NCBI GenBank assembly: GCA_015660865.1
Contig: JACTUA010000001.1
Coordinates: 200,304-264,303 of the forward strand
Direction of reading: 5' to 3'
Source of the DNA: Methanomicrobiales archaeon
Lineage (GTDB): Archaea > Halobacteriota > Methanomicrobia > Methanomicrobiales > JACTUA01
DNA: 64,000 nucleotides
Part shown: in pieces, positions 50,238-59,187 of the stretch
How positions within the stretch are numbered: position 1 is the first letter of the stretch
How the letters are laid out: each line of letters begins with the position of its first letter
Position numbers and translations under genes: made by a program
The notes under the pieces: generated by a model
Told to the model about the DNA's origin: nothing
The model's database searches: none
What the model saw: only the letters and a program-made list of their open reading frames with translations

Positions 50238-52405
50238 GCGGTGATGGAGCCTGGCTCGGGATGGTACTCCCGGAACTGCTTCAGGCAGACGGTGAGGTCC
50301 CTGGTGAATGCGAAGTAGCCGATCTGGGTGTTCCGGCAGAGGTTCATCGCCATGTCCATGAGCCCCCGGGGGTCCGGCCTCGCCTCGCCGAGCCAGATGT
50401 GGAAGATGTTCCCGCCATCGATGATGGGGAAGAAGACATGCTCAACCTCGATCCGCTTTGTGAGGGGAATCTCTGCACACGGGGCGACATGTGTCCCGTT
50501 CGTGTAGTAGATGGGGAGGTCCCGGGTCTCCTCACATTCCACCAGGGCCGCCTCCAGGTTCCCCTTGATCACCTTCATGGCATACTTCCGGTAGCGCTGG
50601 TCAAGGAGGTCGGCCACTGCGAAGCGCTGGCCGGTGGTCTCGGCCGGTGTCCGGGCGAGGGCGATGGTCATGCCATGCCGCTTTGAGAGCTCCTTTGCAT
50701 AGAGCTCCAGCTCGGTCATGGCCCGGACTGCCAGCCTGAAGGCATCCTTTGACTCGTGGAGCTGGTGGCCGGTATGGTGCTCTACCATCTCGTTCACGCC
50801 CACGACTCCGATGGTGTAGACCAGGCCGTCGAGGTCGACGGCGACCGCCCCCCGTTCCCCGTCGTTCGGGTCTTTCGGCCTCTGCATGGCAAAGGGCATC
50901 CTCCCGTTCGCCCTGATGATCTCCATCCAGCGCCGCTTGATATGGAAGACCTCGACCGCAATGTCCATGAGGGCTTTCAGCTCGGCGAAGAGCCGGTTGT
51001 CGTCCTTCTCGGCACGGTACGCGGCCCGGGGGCAGTTCACCGAGACCACCTGCCAGGAGCCCATGGAGAAGTGCCTCCCGTCCTGGAAGTCGAGCTTCCC
51101 CTCGAACTCCGGGTCCTTCCCTGCGACGGTGGAGAACTGGTAGGCGCAGCACTGGTAGCAGGAGATCCCCTTTCCCGCCCCCCGGTAAGGAGGGATCTGG
51201 TTGTCGTAGTAGGGCGTGCCGAACTTGGATGCGAGCTCGAAGGTGAGGAGGTAGAGGTCCCGGTAGCTGGGGAGCTCGGGGTGCCTCCGGTTGAACTCCT
51301 CGTTCTCGGTGAGGAAGTCCGGCTCGACGCTGATCTCGGGCTTGGGGAAGGAGAAGGGCTTGCCCCAGTAGTCGCCCTCGAGCATCACCTCCATCATGGC
51401 CTTGAAGAGGAGCCTGACCTCCCGCTCGAACTCCCCGTAGGTCCTCCTCGGGGCCTGCTTCCCGTCGTATATCCTCCCCCGGTACACGCAGGGCTTGTCC
51501 TTCCAGAGGGTGGGGACGCCGGGAGTGAGCTGGACCGACGAGAAGACGAGCTGCCCGCCCCGGGCGACCATCATCTGGGTCATCTCGTAGACAAACATCT
51601 GGATGAGCTGCTTGATCTCGTCGTAGTCGAGCCCCTCGAAGTAGGGGGCGAGGAAGGTGAGGAAGTTGTAGTAGCCCTGGCCACCGGCGAAGTTGGTCTG
51701 GGCCGATCCGAGGGCCTTCACCGCATGGAGCACCGCGACCTCGGCGCGCTTTGCCGGTCCCGCCACCGAGGCCTTCGTGCCGTTCCCGTCGGGCATCAGG
51801 CCATAGTACAGGAAGTAGCGGAGGTCCCAGTCCTGGCAGAAGGGCCTCGTCCCGAAGTACTCCAGGTCATGGATATGGAGATCCCCGCCGAGGTGGTAAT
51901 CGGAGAGGTGCGGGGGGAGCTGGAGGAGGTACTGCTCCTTGCTGATCTTGTCGGCCTTCTTCTTGTGGGAGGTCTCGGCGTTCTCCTGGAGGTTCGCGTT
52001 GTCGTGGGCCTCAAACCCCCTTCCCACGTCGATGAGGTGGGCATCGTAGACCGGTGTCCCCACCCGGGTGCAGACATTCCGGTACTCGACGAGCCCCTGC
52101 TCGAGGAGCACGGTGTTCACGATCTCCCGGATGAGGGGGCCTGAGAGGGCCTGGAGGCCGAGCTTCTGGATCCGCTGCTCCACGAGGACAGCGATATCCC
52201 GTGCGATCTCCTCGTCTGCACTCTCGTGGCCATAGAAGACCTCGATGAGCTGCGTCTCCTCCACGATCTGCCGGACGATCCTCTCCCTGTCCCACTCCAC
52301 CATGTGGCCGTCCGTGGTACGGACCTTGGGGAGGGCAGGGACGAAGATCCCGTCGAGGGTTGCCTGTTTGGTCTGCCGGAGGGCCGGCTTCGGGATCCGG
52401 CTCAC
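50204..52405 (-). CDS. nrdD: anaerobic (class III) ribonucleoside-triphosphate reductase NrdD, apparently lacking the C-terminal Zn-ribbon/glycyl-radical domain
   Basis: ATP-cone (VRTTDGHMVEWDRERIVRQI). Core motifs GDLHIHDLEY, AGGQGYYNF and CYQCCAYQF. GTG 52405 overlaps the stop of the upstream glutaredoxin gene (GTGA). The ORF ends 26 aa after IGYFAFTRDLTVC. Confidence 0.85.
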   Translation of the reverse strand: MSRIPKPALRQTKQATLDGIFVPALPKVRTTDGHMVEWDRERIVRQIVEETQLIEVFYGHESADEEIARDIAVLVEQRIQKLGLQALSGPLIREIVNTVLLEQGLVEYRNVCTRVGTPVYDAHLIDVGRGFEAHDNANLQENAETSHKKKADKISKEQYLLQLPPHLSDYHLGGDLHIHDLEYFGTRPFCQDWDLRYFLYYGLMPDGNGTKASVAGPAKRAEVAVLHAVKALGSAQTNFAGGQGYYNFLTFLAPYFEGLDYDEIKQLIQMFVYEMTQMMVARGGQLVFSSVQLTPGVPTLWKDKPCVYRGRIYDGKQAPRRTYGEFEREVRLLFKAMMEVMLEGDYWGKPFSFPKPEISVEPDFLTENEEFNRRHPELPSYRDLYLLTFELASKFGTPYYDNQIPPYRGAGKGISCYQCCAYQFSTVAGKDPEFEGKLDFQDGRHFSMGSWQVVSVNCPRAAYRAEKDDNRLFAELKALMDIAVEVFHIKRRWMEIIRANGRMPFAMQRPKDPNDGERGAVAVDLDGLVYTIGVVGVNEMVEHHTGHQLHESKDAFRLAVRAMTELELYAKELSKRHGMTIALARTPAETTGQRFAVADLLDQRYRKYAMKVIKGNLEAALVECEETRDLPIYYTNGTHVAPCAEIPLTKRIEVEHVFFPIIDGGNIFHIWLGEARPDPRGLMDMAMNLCRNTQIGYFAFTRDLTVCLKQFREYHPEPGSITAWSKTPSRSPA

Positions 52406-52674
52406 AGGCTCACACCCGCGAGGCGTCCCACCGAGTCCTCCTTCACCTTCCCACCGGAGAAGAGATCCAGGGTCGTGAGGAAGGAATCCCCCCGCCGCAG
52501 CACGGGCGCCTCCATGGCAAAGACCCCGTTCACCCGGAGCTCGGTCAGGGAGGCCGCGCTCGACATATCCTCCTCCTGGAACCGAATACCTTTTCTCTTC
52601 AGGAAATCCTTCAATAATTCGCAGTTGGGACAATTTTCCAGTGAATAAACGGTCAGGACGTATTTCTCCCCCAT
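52402..52674 (-). CDS. glutaredoxin/NrdH-like redoxin
   Basis: VLTVYSLENCPNCELLKDFL. CxxC thioredoxin-fold start, 90 aa, translationally coupled to nrdD. Confidence 0.75.
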   Translation of the reverse strand: MGEKYVLTVYSLENCPNCELLKDFLKRKGIRFQEEDMSSAASLTELRVNGVFAMEAPVLRRGDSFLTTLDLFSGGKVKEDSVGRLAGVSL

Positions 52675-52733
52675 GGATCCACCACTCCCCCCTAATCGAT
52701 TATCATTTGTAGCTGGATGCTAACATATTCTTG

Positions 52734-53276
52734 ATGGTCAGGACTTTTATTGCTATTGATCTCACCCCGGAGGTGAGGGAGCGGATGCGGGGTCCGCAGG
52801 GGGCCCTGGCAGGGTGCCGTGCCCGCCTCACCGTCGTGAAGCCTGACGCCATCCACATCACCCTCAAGTTCCTCGGGGAGATCGACGAGAAGACCTGTGA
52901 GAGGGTCAAAGAGGCCCTCTCCACCATCCGGTTCGAACCCTTCGAGATCACCCTCGGGGGAGTGAAAGGAAACCCCCCTTCTTTCCCGCGGGTCATCTGG
53001 TCGGGCGTCAGGGACGCGGGGGGATGCGGGAGACTCTTTGCCCTCGTGGAGGAGGCCCTTCTCCCGCTCGGAGTCCCGAAGGAGAAGCGGGGTTATACCC
53101 CCCATGCAACCCTCGCGCGGGTGAAGAGGTTTGATCCCTCCCTCCTTCCCCCCCTGGAGAGCCTGGCCTCCGAGGAGTTCGGGTCCTGCCCTGTACGGTG
53201 CATCAAGCTGAAGAAGAGCACCCTCACCCCCACGGGGCCTGTCTACGAGGACATCATGGAGGTCCGGTGCGCGTGA
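52734..53276 (+). CDS. thpR: RNA 2',3'-cyclic phosphodiesterase (ThpR/LigT 2H family)
   Basis: Two HxT/S motifs (HITLKFLG and HATLARV) at the usual spacing. Confidence 0.85.
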   Translation: MVRTFIAIDLTPEVRERMRGPQGALAGCRARLTVVKPDAIHITLKFLGEIDEKTCERVKEALSTIRFEPFEITLGGVKGNPPSFPRVIWSGVRDAGGCGRLFALVEEALLPLGVPKEKRGYTPHATLARVKRFDPSLLPPLESLASEEFGSCPVRCIKLKKSTLTPTGPVYEDIMEVRCA

Positions 53277-54655
53277 GGTCAAAGGGGGAGGAGACGGTCC
53301 TTGAAAGGATCCGGCCGAAGGAGGACGAGCACAACCATACCTGGGTCGTTGCCACCGGGATCCTCTCGGCCATCGAGAAGGACGGGAGGGCGAAGGGGAT
53401 GGTGGTCGGGTCGGTAGCGAGGGACACCTGGCTCTCGGGTGACCGTGACCTGGACATCTTCCTCCTCTTCCCCCCCCAGCTCTCCCGGGAGGACCTGGAG
53501 GAGACGGGGCTCGATCTCGCGAGGAAGATCGCCCGCCGGTTCACCGGCATCTTCCATGAGAAATACGCCGAGCACCCGTACGTGAACGCCACCATCGACG
53601 GCCTGGACGTCGACCTCGTCCCCTGCTACGAGGTTGCTTCGGCAGCCGCAATCCAGTCAGCCGTGGACCGTACCCCCTTCCATACCCGGTACATCTCTGA
53701 CAAGATCGGGCCGCTCCGGGACGATGTTCTCCTTGCCAAGCAGTTCGCAAAGGCCTGCGGAGTCTACGGCTCCGACCAGATGACCGAGGGGTTCTCGGGC
53801 TACCTCTGCGAGCTCCTGGTCCTGCACTACGTGGGGTTCTCCCCCCTCGTCGAAGCCGCCGCGGGGTGGAAGCCCGGCACCTGCATCGACCTCGAGGGGC
53901 ATGCCTGCAAGGCCTTCGAGGAGCCGCTCCGGGTGATCGATCCGGTCGATCCCGCACGGAACGTTGCGGCCGCCCTCTCCTGCACCCGGATGTTCGAGTT
54001 CGTGGAATATTGCCGGGGATACCTCGAGAACCCCTCATCAGATTTCTTCTTCCCGCACGAACGGGCCGGGATGGACCGGGAGGGGTTTGCGAGCGCCCTC
54101 GCCCGTCGGGGAACGAGCCTCTTTGCCATCACGTTCGCAACCCCGCCGCTGATCCCTGATATTGTCGTCCCCCAGCTCCGAAGGAGCCTTGCATCCATCC
54201 AGGGCCTCCTCAACAGGAACGGGTTCGCCGTCCTCCAGGACGACTGTGCCATGGGAGAGGAACGGTGCATCCTTGTCCTCGAGCTCCTGGTCGACCGCCT
54301 CCCCCCCGTCACAAGGCACACGGGACCGCCACTCTGGGACAGGGCGAATGCCGAGAAGTTCGCCGAGAAGTACCAGGAGAACCCCCTCTCGGGCCCCTTC
54401 ATCAGGGACGGGCGGTACAAGGTTGACCTGGAGCGGAAGTTCACGGACGCAAAGGCTCTCCTCCATTCACCTGAGATCCTCACCGTAGGACTTGGGAAGC
54501 ACGTCAAACAGTCGATGGAGAAGGGGTGGGAGGTGCACAAGGGCGAGGAGTGCTGGGACGAGGAGTTCAGGGTCTTTCTCTCCCACTTTATTGAACCGGC
54601 ATCACCTCTGGCGAGAAGGACGAGGACCGGGAAGAAAGGATCAGGGGAGACCTGA
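53273..54655 (+). CDS. cca: archaeal class I CCA-adding tRNA nucleotidyltransferase
   Basis: GTGA overlap with thpR. GSVARDTWLSGDRDLDIFLLFP, RTPFHT. About 460 aa. Confidence 0.9.
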   Translation: MRSKGEETVLERIRPKEDEHNHTWVVATGILSAIEKDGRAKGMVVGSVARDTWLSGDRDLDIFLLFPPQLSREDLEETGLDLARKIARRFTGIFHEKYAEHPYVNATIDGLDVDLVPCYEVASAAAIQSAVDRTPFHTRYISDKIGPLRDDVLLAKQFAKACGVYGSDQMTEGFSGYLCELLVLHYVGFSPLVEAAAGWKPGTCIDLEGHACKAFEEPLRVIDPVDPARNVAAALSCTRMFEFVEYCRGYLENPSSDFFFPHERAGMDREGFASALARRGTSLFAITFATPPLIPDIVVPQLRRSLASIQGLLNRNGFAVLQDDCAMGEERCILVLELLVDRLPPVTRHTGPPLWDRANAEKFAEKYQENPLSGPFIRDGRYKVDLERKFTDAKALLHSPEILTVGLGKHVKQSMEKGWEVHKGEECWDEEFRVFLSHFIEPASPLARRTRTGKKGSGET

Positions 54656-54935
54656 GGCCAGGCTGGTTCCTGTATCAGCCCGGGGTAACAAAGATATATT
54701 TATCTCCACAATTCTTTCATTCACATCCGGGGATTCACCAAGGTATCAGCATACCAGAGAACCAGCGTGTGATCAGGTACCAGGTAGAGAGACAGACCTT
54801 GGCGTTCTCGACCCCGACTGGACCGATATCCCTGAACCCCCCCGTCTCATTCCATCGCATTGAACAGGGGATGATCCCTGAACCGGCCTGGACGTGATCG
54901 GCCGACGGGGGTCTTCCATCAGTCAGGAAAGGAGG

Positions 54936-55136
54936 ATGTGTATGTCAAAGTGGATCTTTGGAATTACCTGGATCTGGATGATCATCATCGGCCTGGTGAT
55001 GATCGCAGGAATCGCGTTGGTCGCGACTGCCGCTCTTGTCCTCGGCGTTATTACGCTCCTTCTGGGCCTCATCGGACTCGCCATGGCCTGGAAGAAGATG
55101 AAGAAGATGCCGGAGAAGCCGGCAGCGGCAAAGTAA
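54936..55136 (+). CDS. small hypothetical membrane protein
   Basis: ATG follows GGAAAGGAGG. Two hydrophobic helices, then a Lys-rich tail. Confidence 0.4.
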   Translation: MCMSKWIFGITWIWMIIIGLVMIAGIALVATAALVLGVITLLLGLIGLAMAWKKMKKMPEKPAAAK

Positions 55137-55321
55137 GAACAACCAAACAAACCTTTTTTATTCATCAAATAACCAGACCAGCCGTATATTCTGCATGGCC
55201 CGGTTCATGCCCGCTATCTCTCACCGGGGGCAGCACGCCCTTGATCGGGGTAATATTCGAAGCAGTCGATGGATAATGAGGTGAGATCCCGGGGGGCAAT
55301 TCACGATTGCTGAGAAAGAGA

Positions 55322-55552
55322 CTAATATCCCGGCGATTCCTTCCCATATTCGACGATATCTCTCACCCGGCCGACCTTCCCGTCCCCGAGCCTGACCTTG
55401 ATCCCGTGCGGGTGAAAGGAGGCGTTCGTCAGGATCTCCGCGACAACCCCCCGGGTCATCTTCCCGCTCCTCTGGTCGGGTTTCAGGATGATATCCACCG
55501 TTGCGCCGGTCCTGATTGAAGAACGGTACCGCCCGTCGCGTTTCTCTTCCAT
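55322..55552 (-). CDS. YwbE-family (DUF2196) small protein
   Basis: IRTGATVDIILKPDQRSGKMTRGVVAEILTNASFHPHGIKVRLGDGKVGRVRDIV closely resembles the Bacillus YwbE family. Start is ATG 55552. Confidence 0.8.
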   Translation of the reverse strand: MEEKRDGRYRSSIRTGATVDIILKPDQRSGKMTRGVVAEILTNASFHPHGIKVRLGDGKVGRVRDIVEYGKESPGY

Positions 55553-55623
55553 GGATGTGTTCCCTAGAGAGTGTATCTCTTGCCCACATAACGGTTCACG
55601 GACACAGCATGGAAAAATCAGAA

Positions 55624-55680
55624 CGCTCTTGGGGGCTTCGCCCCGCCGCTCTGGTATCCCCGAGTTGCGTAGTCCCCCCG
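55624..55680. repeat. partial copy D of the GC-rich element (left-arm-like)
   Basis: GCTCTTGGGGGCTTCGCCCCGCCGCTCTGGTATCCCCGAGTTGCGTAGT aligns with the left arm at 31031-31078. Confidence 0.35.
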
Positions 55681-55736
55681 TCGGGTCCATGATGGGCAAT
55701 ATCTATTATTACCCGGATTCGGCGGGCTCTGCCCGC

Positions 55737-56177
55737 TTACAGAAGCTCCTCTAAAATCTCCCCCGCGTCCCTGACGAGCTTGGAGCACCTCGTGGCAAAG
55801 ACCTTCTTCTCCCTCGCCTCGGCGAACTGTTTCGGGTCCGACAGGTCGTACCCGACGAGCTCGGTGCAGTGCACCGATGCGTTCCTTGCCGTGAACTCGT
55901 CGAGGAATTTCCGGGCCTTTGCATAGACCTTCTCTCTCGATGATGCGTCGTGGATATCTTCCGGCCTCTGGGTGAGCCCGATCACCATGAGCGCTCCTGA
56001 GACCGCCCCGCAGATCTCCCCTGTCTTAGCAACGCCAGCCCCGAAGGCGGACGCTATCTTCACCGCGGTCTCCGAGTCAACGCCGAGATCCTTCCCGTAG
56101 ACCGAGAAGATCGCCTGGGAGCAGGAGAGGCCCCGCTTGAATGCGTCTACCGCTTCATCGGCCCGTTTTGGGGTCAT
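55737..56177 (-). CDS. C_GCAxxG_C_C family protein
   Basis: Cys pattern: GLSCSQAI, GEICGAVSGALMVIG, HCTELV, ATRCSKLV. Confidence 0.8.
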   Translation of the reverse strand: MTPKRADEAVDAFKRGLSCSQAIFSVYGKDLGVDSETAVKIASAFGAGVAKTGEICGAVSGALMVIGLTQRPEDIHDASSREKVYAKARKFLDEFTARNASVHCTELVGYDLSDPKQFAEAREKKVFATRCSKLVRDAGEILEELL

Positions 56178-56220
56178 GCAGCTTCCTTCCTCAATCTCCG
56201 AGAAAAAAGGTCGCCTCAGG

Positions 56221-56634
56221 TTATCTCTCCCAGATCTCCGGGACCATCATGCCGGTCCCGTGGTACTCGATCTCCTTTGCCGTAAATACCAGGACCACGA
56301 AGTCTGGGTTATCCACCGATTTGAAGTACTGCTCGAACATCGGGTTCCAGTACTTTTTCTTCGTGGCGAGGTCGTCGTGGACCTCCCCCCGTGCCTGGAT
56401 CACGACGTATGGATCGGTGAACTCCTTACCCGACCAGATCGACAGTGCTGCATGGGGATTCTTCCGCAGCTGCTCCACTTTCCGCGTGCTCTTCATGGTC
56501 CCACCCACGAAGGTCATGTCCTCAAACCCGTTCAGGACCATGAACCTCACCGCAGGCATCCCCATGGTAATTGTGGCAACCGCCGCTACATGAGGACCAC
56601 CCACGACATCCATGATCTTCTCCTTCAGTGCCAT
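56221..56634 (-). CDS. pyridoxamine 5'-phosphate oxidase-like FMN-binding split-barrel protein
   Basis: PHVAAVATI..MPAVRFM..STRKVEQLRKNPHAAL..VVIQARGEV pattern. 137 aa. Confidence 0.7.
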   Translation of the reverse strand: MALKEKIMDVVGGPHVAAVATITMGMPAVRFMVLNGFEDMTFVGGTMKSTRKVEQLRKNPHAALSIWSGKEFTDPYVVIQARGEVHDDLATKKKYWNPMFEQYFKSVDNPDFVVLVFTAKEIEYHGTGMMVPEIWER

Positions 56635-56711
56635 GCTGAGGACTTAACGACCTTATTGTTTAAAATAAATATCGGATGTCTCTGCAAGTTGTTTTAAAAA
56701 TATCATAAAAA

Positions 56712-58289
56712 TTATGTACTCATTAAAGAACTTGCATATGTAAACAGTAATTCGCTTCTTTTATTAACGAATTCGTCGAAAGAATCCGTAAATACTGATG
56801 GAGGGATTAATGCTGATCTTAACATCCGGTCGATATTGTCAGGCATTTTTTCACGATAATTTCTTGGGCATTCTCCGCCCAATCGGTTATTATCGTTTTT
56901 TGACATGAAGCATATATTTGCTAAACAATCAGGAGAAGATGAAATTGTTTGTTCTTTCAAACAATTTTTTGGAAATATGTGATGAAACTCATTTTTATTG
57001 TATTCTTTTAAGACCTCTCCAATATTGATAGGTAGTCCTGAAATAAAGTTCAGAGGGTTTAGTTGGGCAAGCATTAGAATGAAAGAATTTGTATTAACAG
57101 TTCCTAACTTGAAAGAATTGTCGATGAAAAATTCTCGATTAATATTTACCGAAAATCTTTCAAGTGCCGACTCCTCCCCGTTTTTAAGTTTAATGATTTC
57201 TTCTATATCTCGATTCAGATTTCGTAAGACACCTGCACTATATCTTTTTGAAAAACATGTTTTCCAGAACCACTTCTTGATTTGAGTTACTTGAGCAGCA
57301 GTGCAAGTAATTTGGCGACCATTTTCAATCGAGAAAAATACTGATAGAGGTATTAATATTGAATTGAATGGTAAATTATCTTGTTTTGAAAGGTTAAACT
57401 GAGTTCTAATGAAATCAATACTTCCTTTAATCCCATTAGTAATTTCCTGGAATCTATCTCGAACAATCGCACCATTTAAATCCATTACCGTTTTTACGCT
57501 AACTTCGTTCTGCAATATCGCCGAAATACACCTCAATAATAAATTCTCGTCATCTCCAACTTCTTTAAATCCAAAGGGTTTCAGATCACCTTTTAATTCT
57601 CCAAATTTCGTTTTCAAGTCGAATTCTTCACTCCAAGTCCAGGCAGAAAGTAACTGAAATGTATCAAGAGGAACGCCTCGCGTATTAATTCTTTCAAAAA
57701 CAATTGCTACTTTTGTCTTATCTTCAGTCTCCAAGATATCAATGGGAATTCTCGTTTCCTTAAAAATCGATTGAAGAGTATCAATTTTTTTTGCTAAATC
57801 ATCAGTAAAATCTTTTGTTGCCAGCCGATATGCGACTGTATCAAATAAGTATTTCAATGGGAAATGTTTCGAATTATCAAATTGTTCTTCTGAACATGAA
57901 TAAAATTGTGTGTCCTGCATGACTGGATCCTCTGTAAAATCGTAATATATACTGAATTTTTGATTTTCGGAAGAGTCTGTTGCTGGCCGAAGAATAGTCT
58001 GAAACACACCGAACAATGAAGTGATTCGTTGTTGCCCATCCAAAACATAATCAATTGGATAATCTGGATCCCTATCAATGAGATTAAAAGGCCCAATTTG
58101 CTTTTCAGTACTCAAAGGTTGCTTCGTTCTCCAAAATAATAGCGTACCAACAGGATATCCTTTATAGATACTATCCATTAGATACGCAATCCGATCTCCT
58201 TCCCAAATAAAACCGCGTTGAAAAGCTGGTATCCGAATTTGGCCGGAAAGAATTTTTTCATTTAACTCCCGAATAGTATATTCCGCCAT
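56712..58289 (-). CDS. GmrSD-like type IV (modification-dependent) restriction endonuclease (DUF262 plus DUF1524-like HNH)
   Basis: N-terminus IPAFQRGFIW..YKGYPVGTLLFW..LDGQQRITSL (DUF262/ParB-like). C-terminus EFHHIFPKNCL..NICFMSKNDNNRLG (His-Me finger). AT-rich. Confidence 0.8.
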   Translation of the reverse strand: MAEYTIRELNEKILSGQIRIPAFQRGFIWEGDRIAYLMDSIYKGYPVGTLLFWRTKQPLSTEKQIGPFNLIDRDPDYPIDYVLDGQQRITSLFGVFQTILRPATDSSENQKFSIYYDFTEDPVMQDTQFYSCSEEQFDNSKHFPLKYLFDTVAYRLATKDFTDDLAKKIDTLQSIFKETRIPIDILETEDKTKVAIVFERINTRGVPLDTFQLLSAWTWSEEFDLKTKFGELKGDLKPFGFKEVGDDENLLLRCISAILQNEVSVKTVMDLNGAIVRDRFQEITNGIKGSIDFIRTQFNLSKQDNLPFNSILIPLSVFFSIENGRQITCTAAQVTQIKKWFWKTCFSKRYSAGVLRNLNRDIEEIIKLKNGEESALERFSVNINREFFIDNSFKLGTVNTNSFILMLAQLNPLNFISGLPINIGEVLKEYNKNEFHHIFPKNCLKEQTISSSPDCLANICFMSKNDNNRLGGECPRNYREKMPDNIDRMLRSALIPPSVFTDSFDEFVNKRSELLFTYASSLMST

Positions 58290-58460
58290 TTTTACGCCCC
58301 CCACCCAAAAATGTTAGACAATAAAGAAGAGATTCATAATAATATATAGATTTTTTGAGGGATTTTAAAAATAAATCTCAAAATGATCATTTATTGAGTT
58401 TACTTCATCTAAAAAAAGATGTTGACTTAAGAATGATTTTTTTGGGGTGGGGGATTCAAG

Positions 58461-58934
58461 TTATTCCCTCTTCACGAACACGAGCGAGGCCGAGTTCATG
58501 CAGTAGCGCTGGTGCGTCGGCGCTGGGCCGTCGTCGAAGACATGCCCGAGATGGGCCCCGCACCGGGCGCAGAGGACCTCGGTCCTCGCCATGCCGAACG
58601 AGACATCCTTCTTCAGTTCGACGTTCTGATCAGAGACCGGCTTCCAGAATGAGGGCCAGCCCGTGCCGGACTCGAACTTCGTGTCCGAGAGGAAGAGGTC
58701 GGTCCCGCAGCAGGCGCACCGGTAGATCCCGTGCTCCTTCCAGGCATGGTACTTCCCGGTGAACGGCGGCTCGGTCCCAGCTCTCCGGGCGATCTCGAAG
58801 GTGAGGGGATCGAGAATCTTCTGCCACTCGGCATCGGATCTCTCTACCTTTTCGACAAGGGCGACGGAGCCCGTCTCAACAGAGAAGATGGGCACCTTTC
58901 CCGTTGATCTCTTCATGGTATCCGCTGCCATCAC
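58461..58934 (-). CDS. msrB: peptide-methionine (R)-S-oxide reductase
   Basis: GIYRCACCGTDLF..SGTGWPSF..CARCGAHLGHVFDDGP. Confidence 0.9.
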   Translation of the reverse strand: MMAADTMKRSTGKVPIFSVETGSVALVEKVERSDAEWQKILDPLTFEIARRAGTEPPFTGKYHAWKEHGIYRCACCGTDLFLSDTKFESGTGWPSFWKPVSDQNVELKKDVSFGMARTEVLCARCGAHLGHVFDDGPAPTHQRYCMNSASLVFVKRE

Positions 58935-59187
58935 CCAAGAGGAATATCCCCTCCTCCTAGTGACCTTTGCGGTCGGCTCTGGGCCGGACAGCAGTGCCCC
59001 TCCCCCGGTCCGGTCTTCCCTACAATGCCTTGTGGTGCTGTCGGCGCTTTCCTAAGAAAATAGTTGCAACACAATGCCTCAGCGGGCTAATGGAGATCAA
59101 CAGTTCTTATCAAGTCTCTCTAACAATAGAATAATCTAATGTACCTAACAAGAACATATAAATACCATCAAAACGTACAAAACCTAT

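Noticed and set aside
52406-52633. N-terminal 76-codon extension of the nrdD ORF-track entry.
   Set aside because: It overlaps, in another frame, the glutaredoxin-like gene that has a clean CPNC thioredoxin-fold start. GTG 52405 gives a GTGA stop/start junction and still precedes the ATP-cone.
54655-54935. 280-nt spacer after cca with a duplicated GAT(A/G)ATCCCTGAACC motif and a TATA-like AAAGATATATTTAT.
   Set aside because: There are only two short, imperfect copies and I could not recognise any structure or family. It is probably just the promoter and leader of the small membrane-protein gene.
58297-58453. Inverted C-run/A-run versus T-run/G-run (CCCCCCACCCAAAAA at 58297-58311 and TTTTTTTGGGGTGGGGG at 58437-58453) bracketing the AT-rich promoter region of the GmrSD gene.
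   Set aside because: Both arms are low-complexity homopolymer-type sequences and are imperfectly matched. The left arm overlaps the likely ribosome-binding region. The evidence is insufficient to call island boundaries or a structured element.
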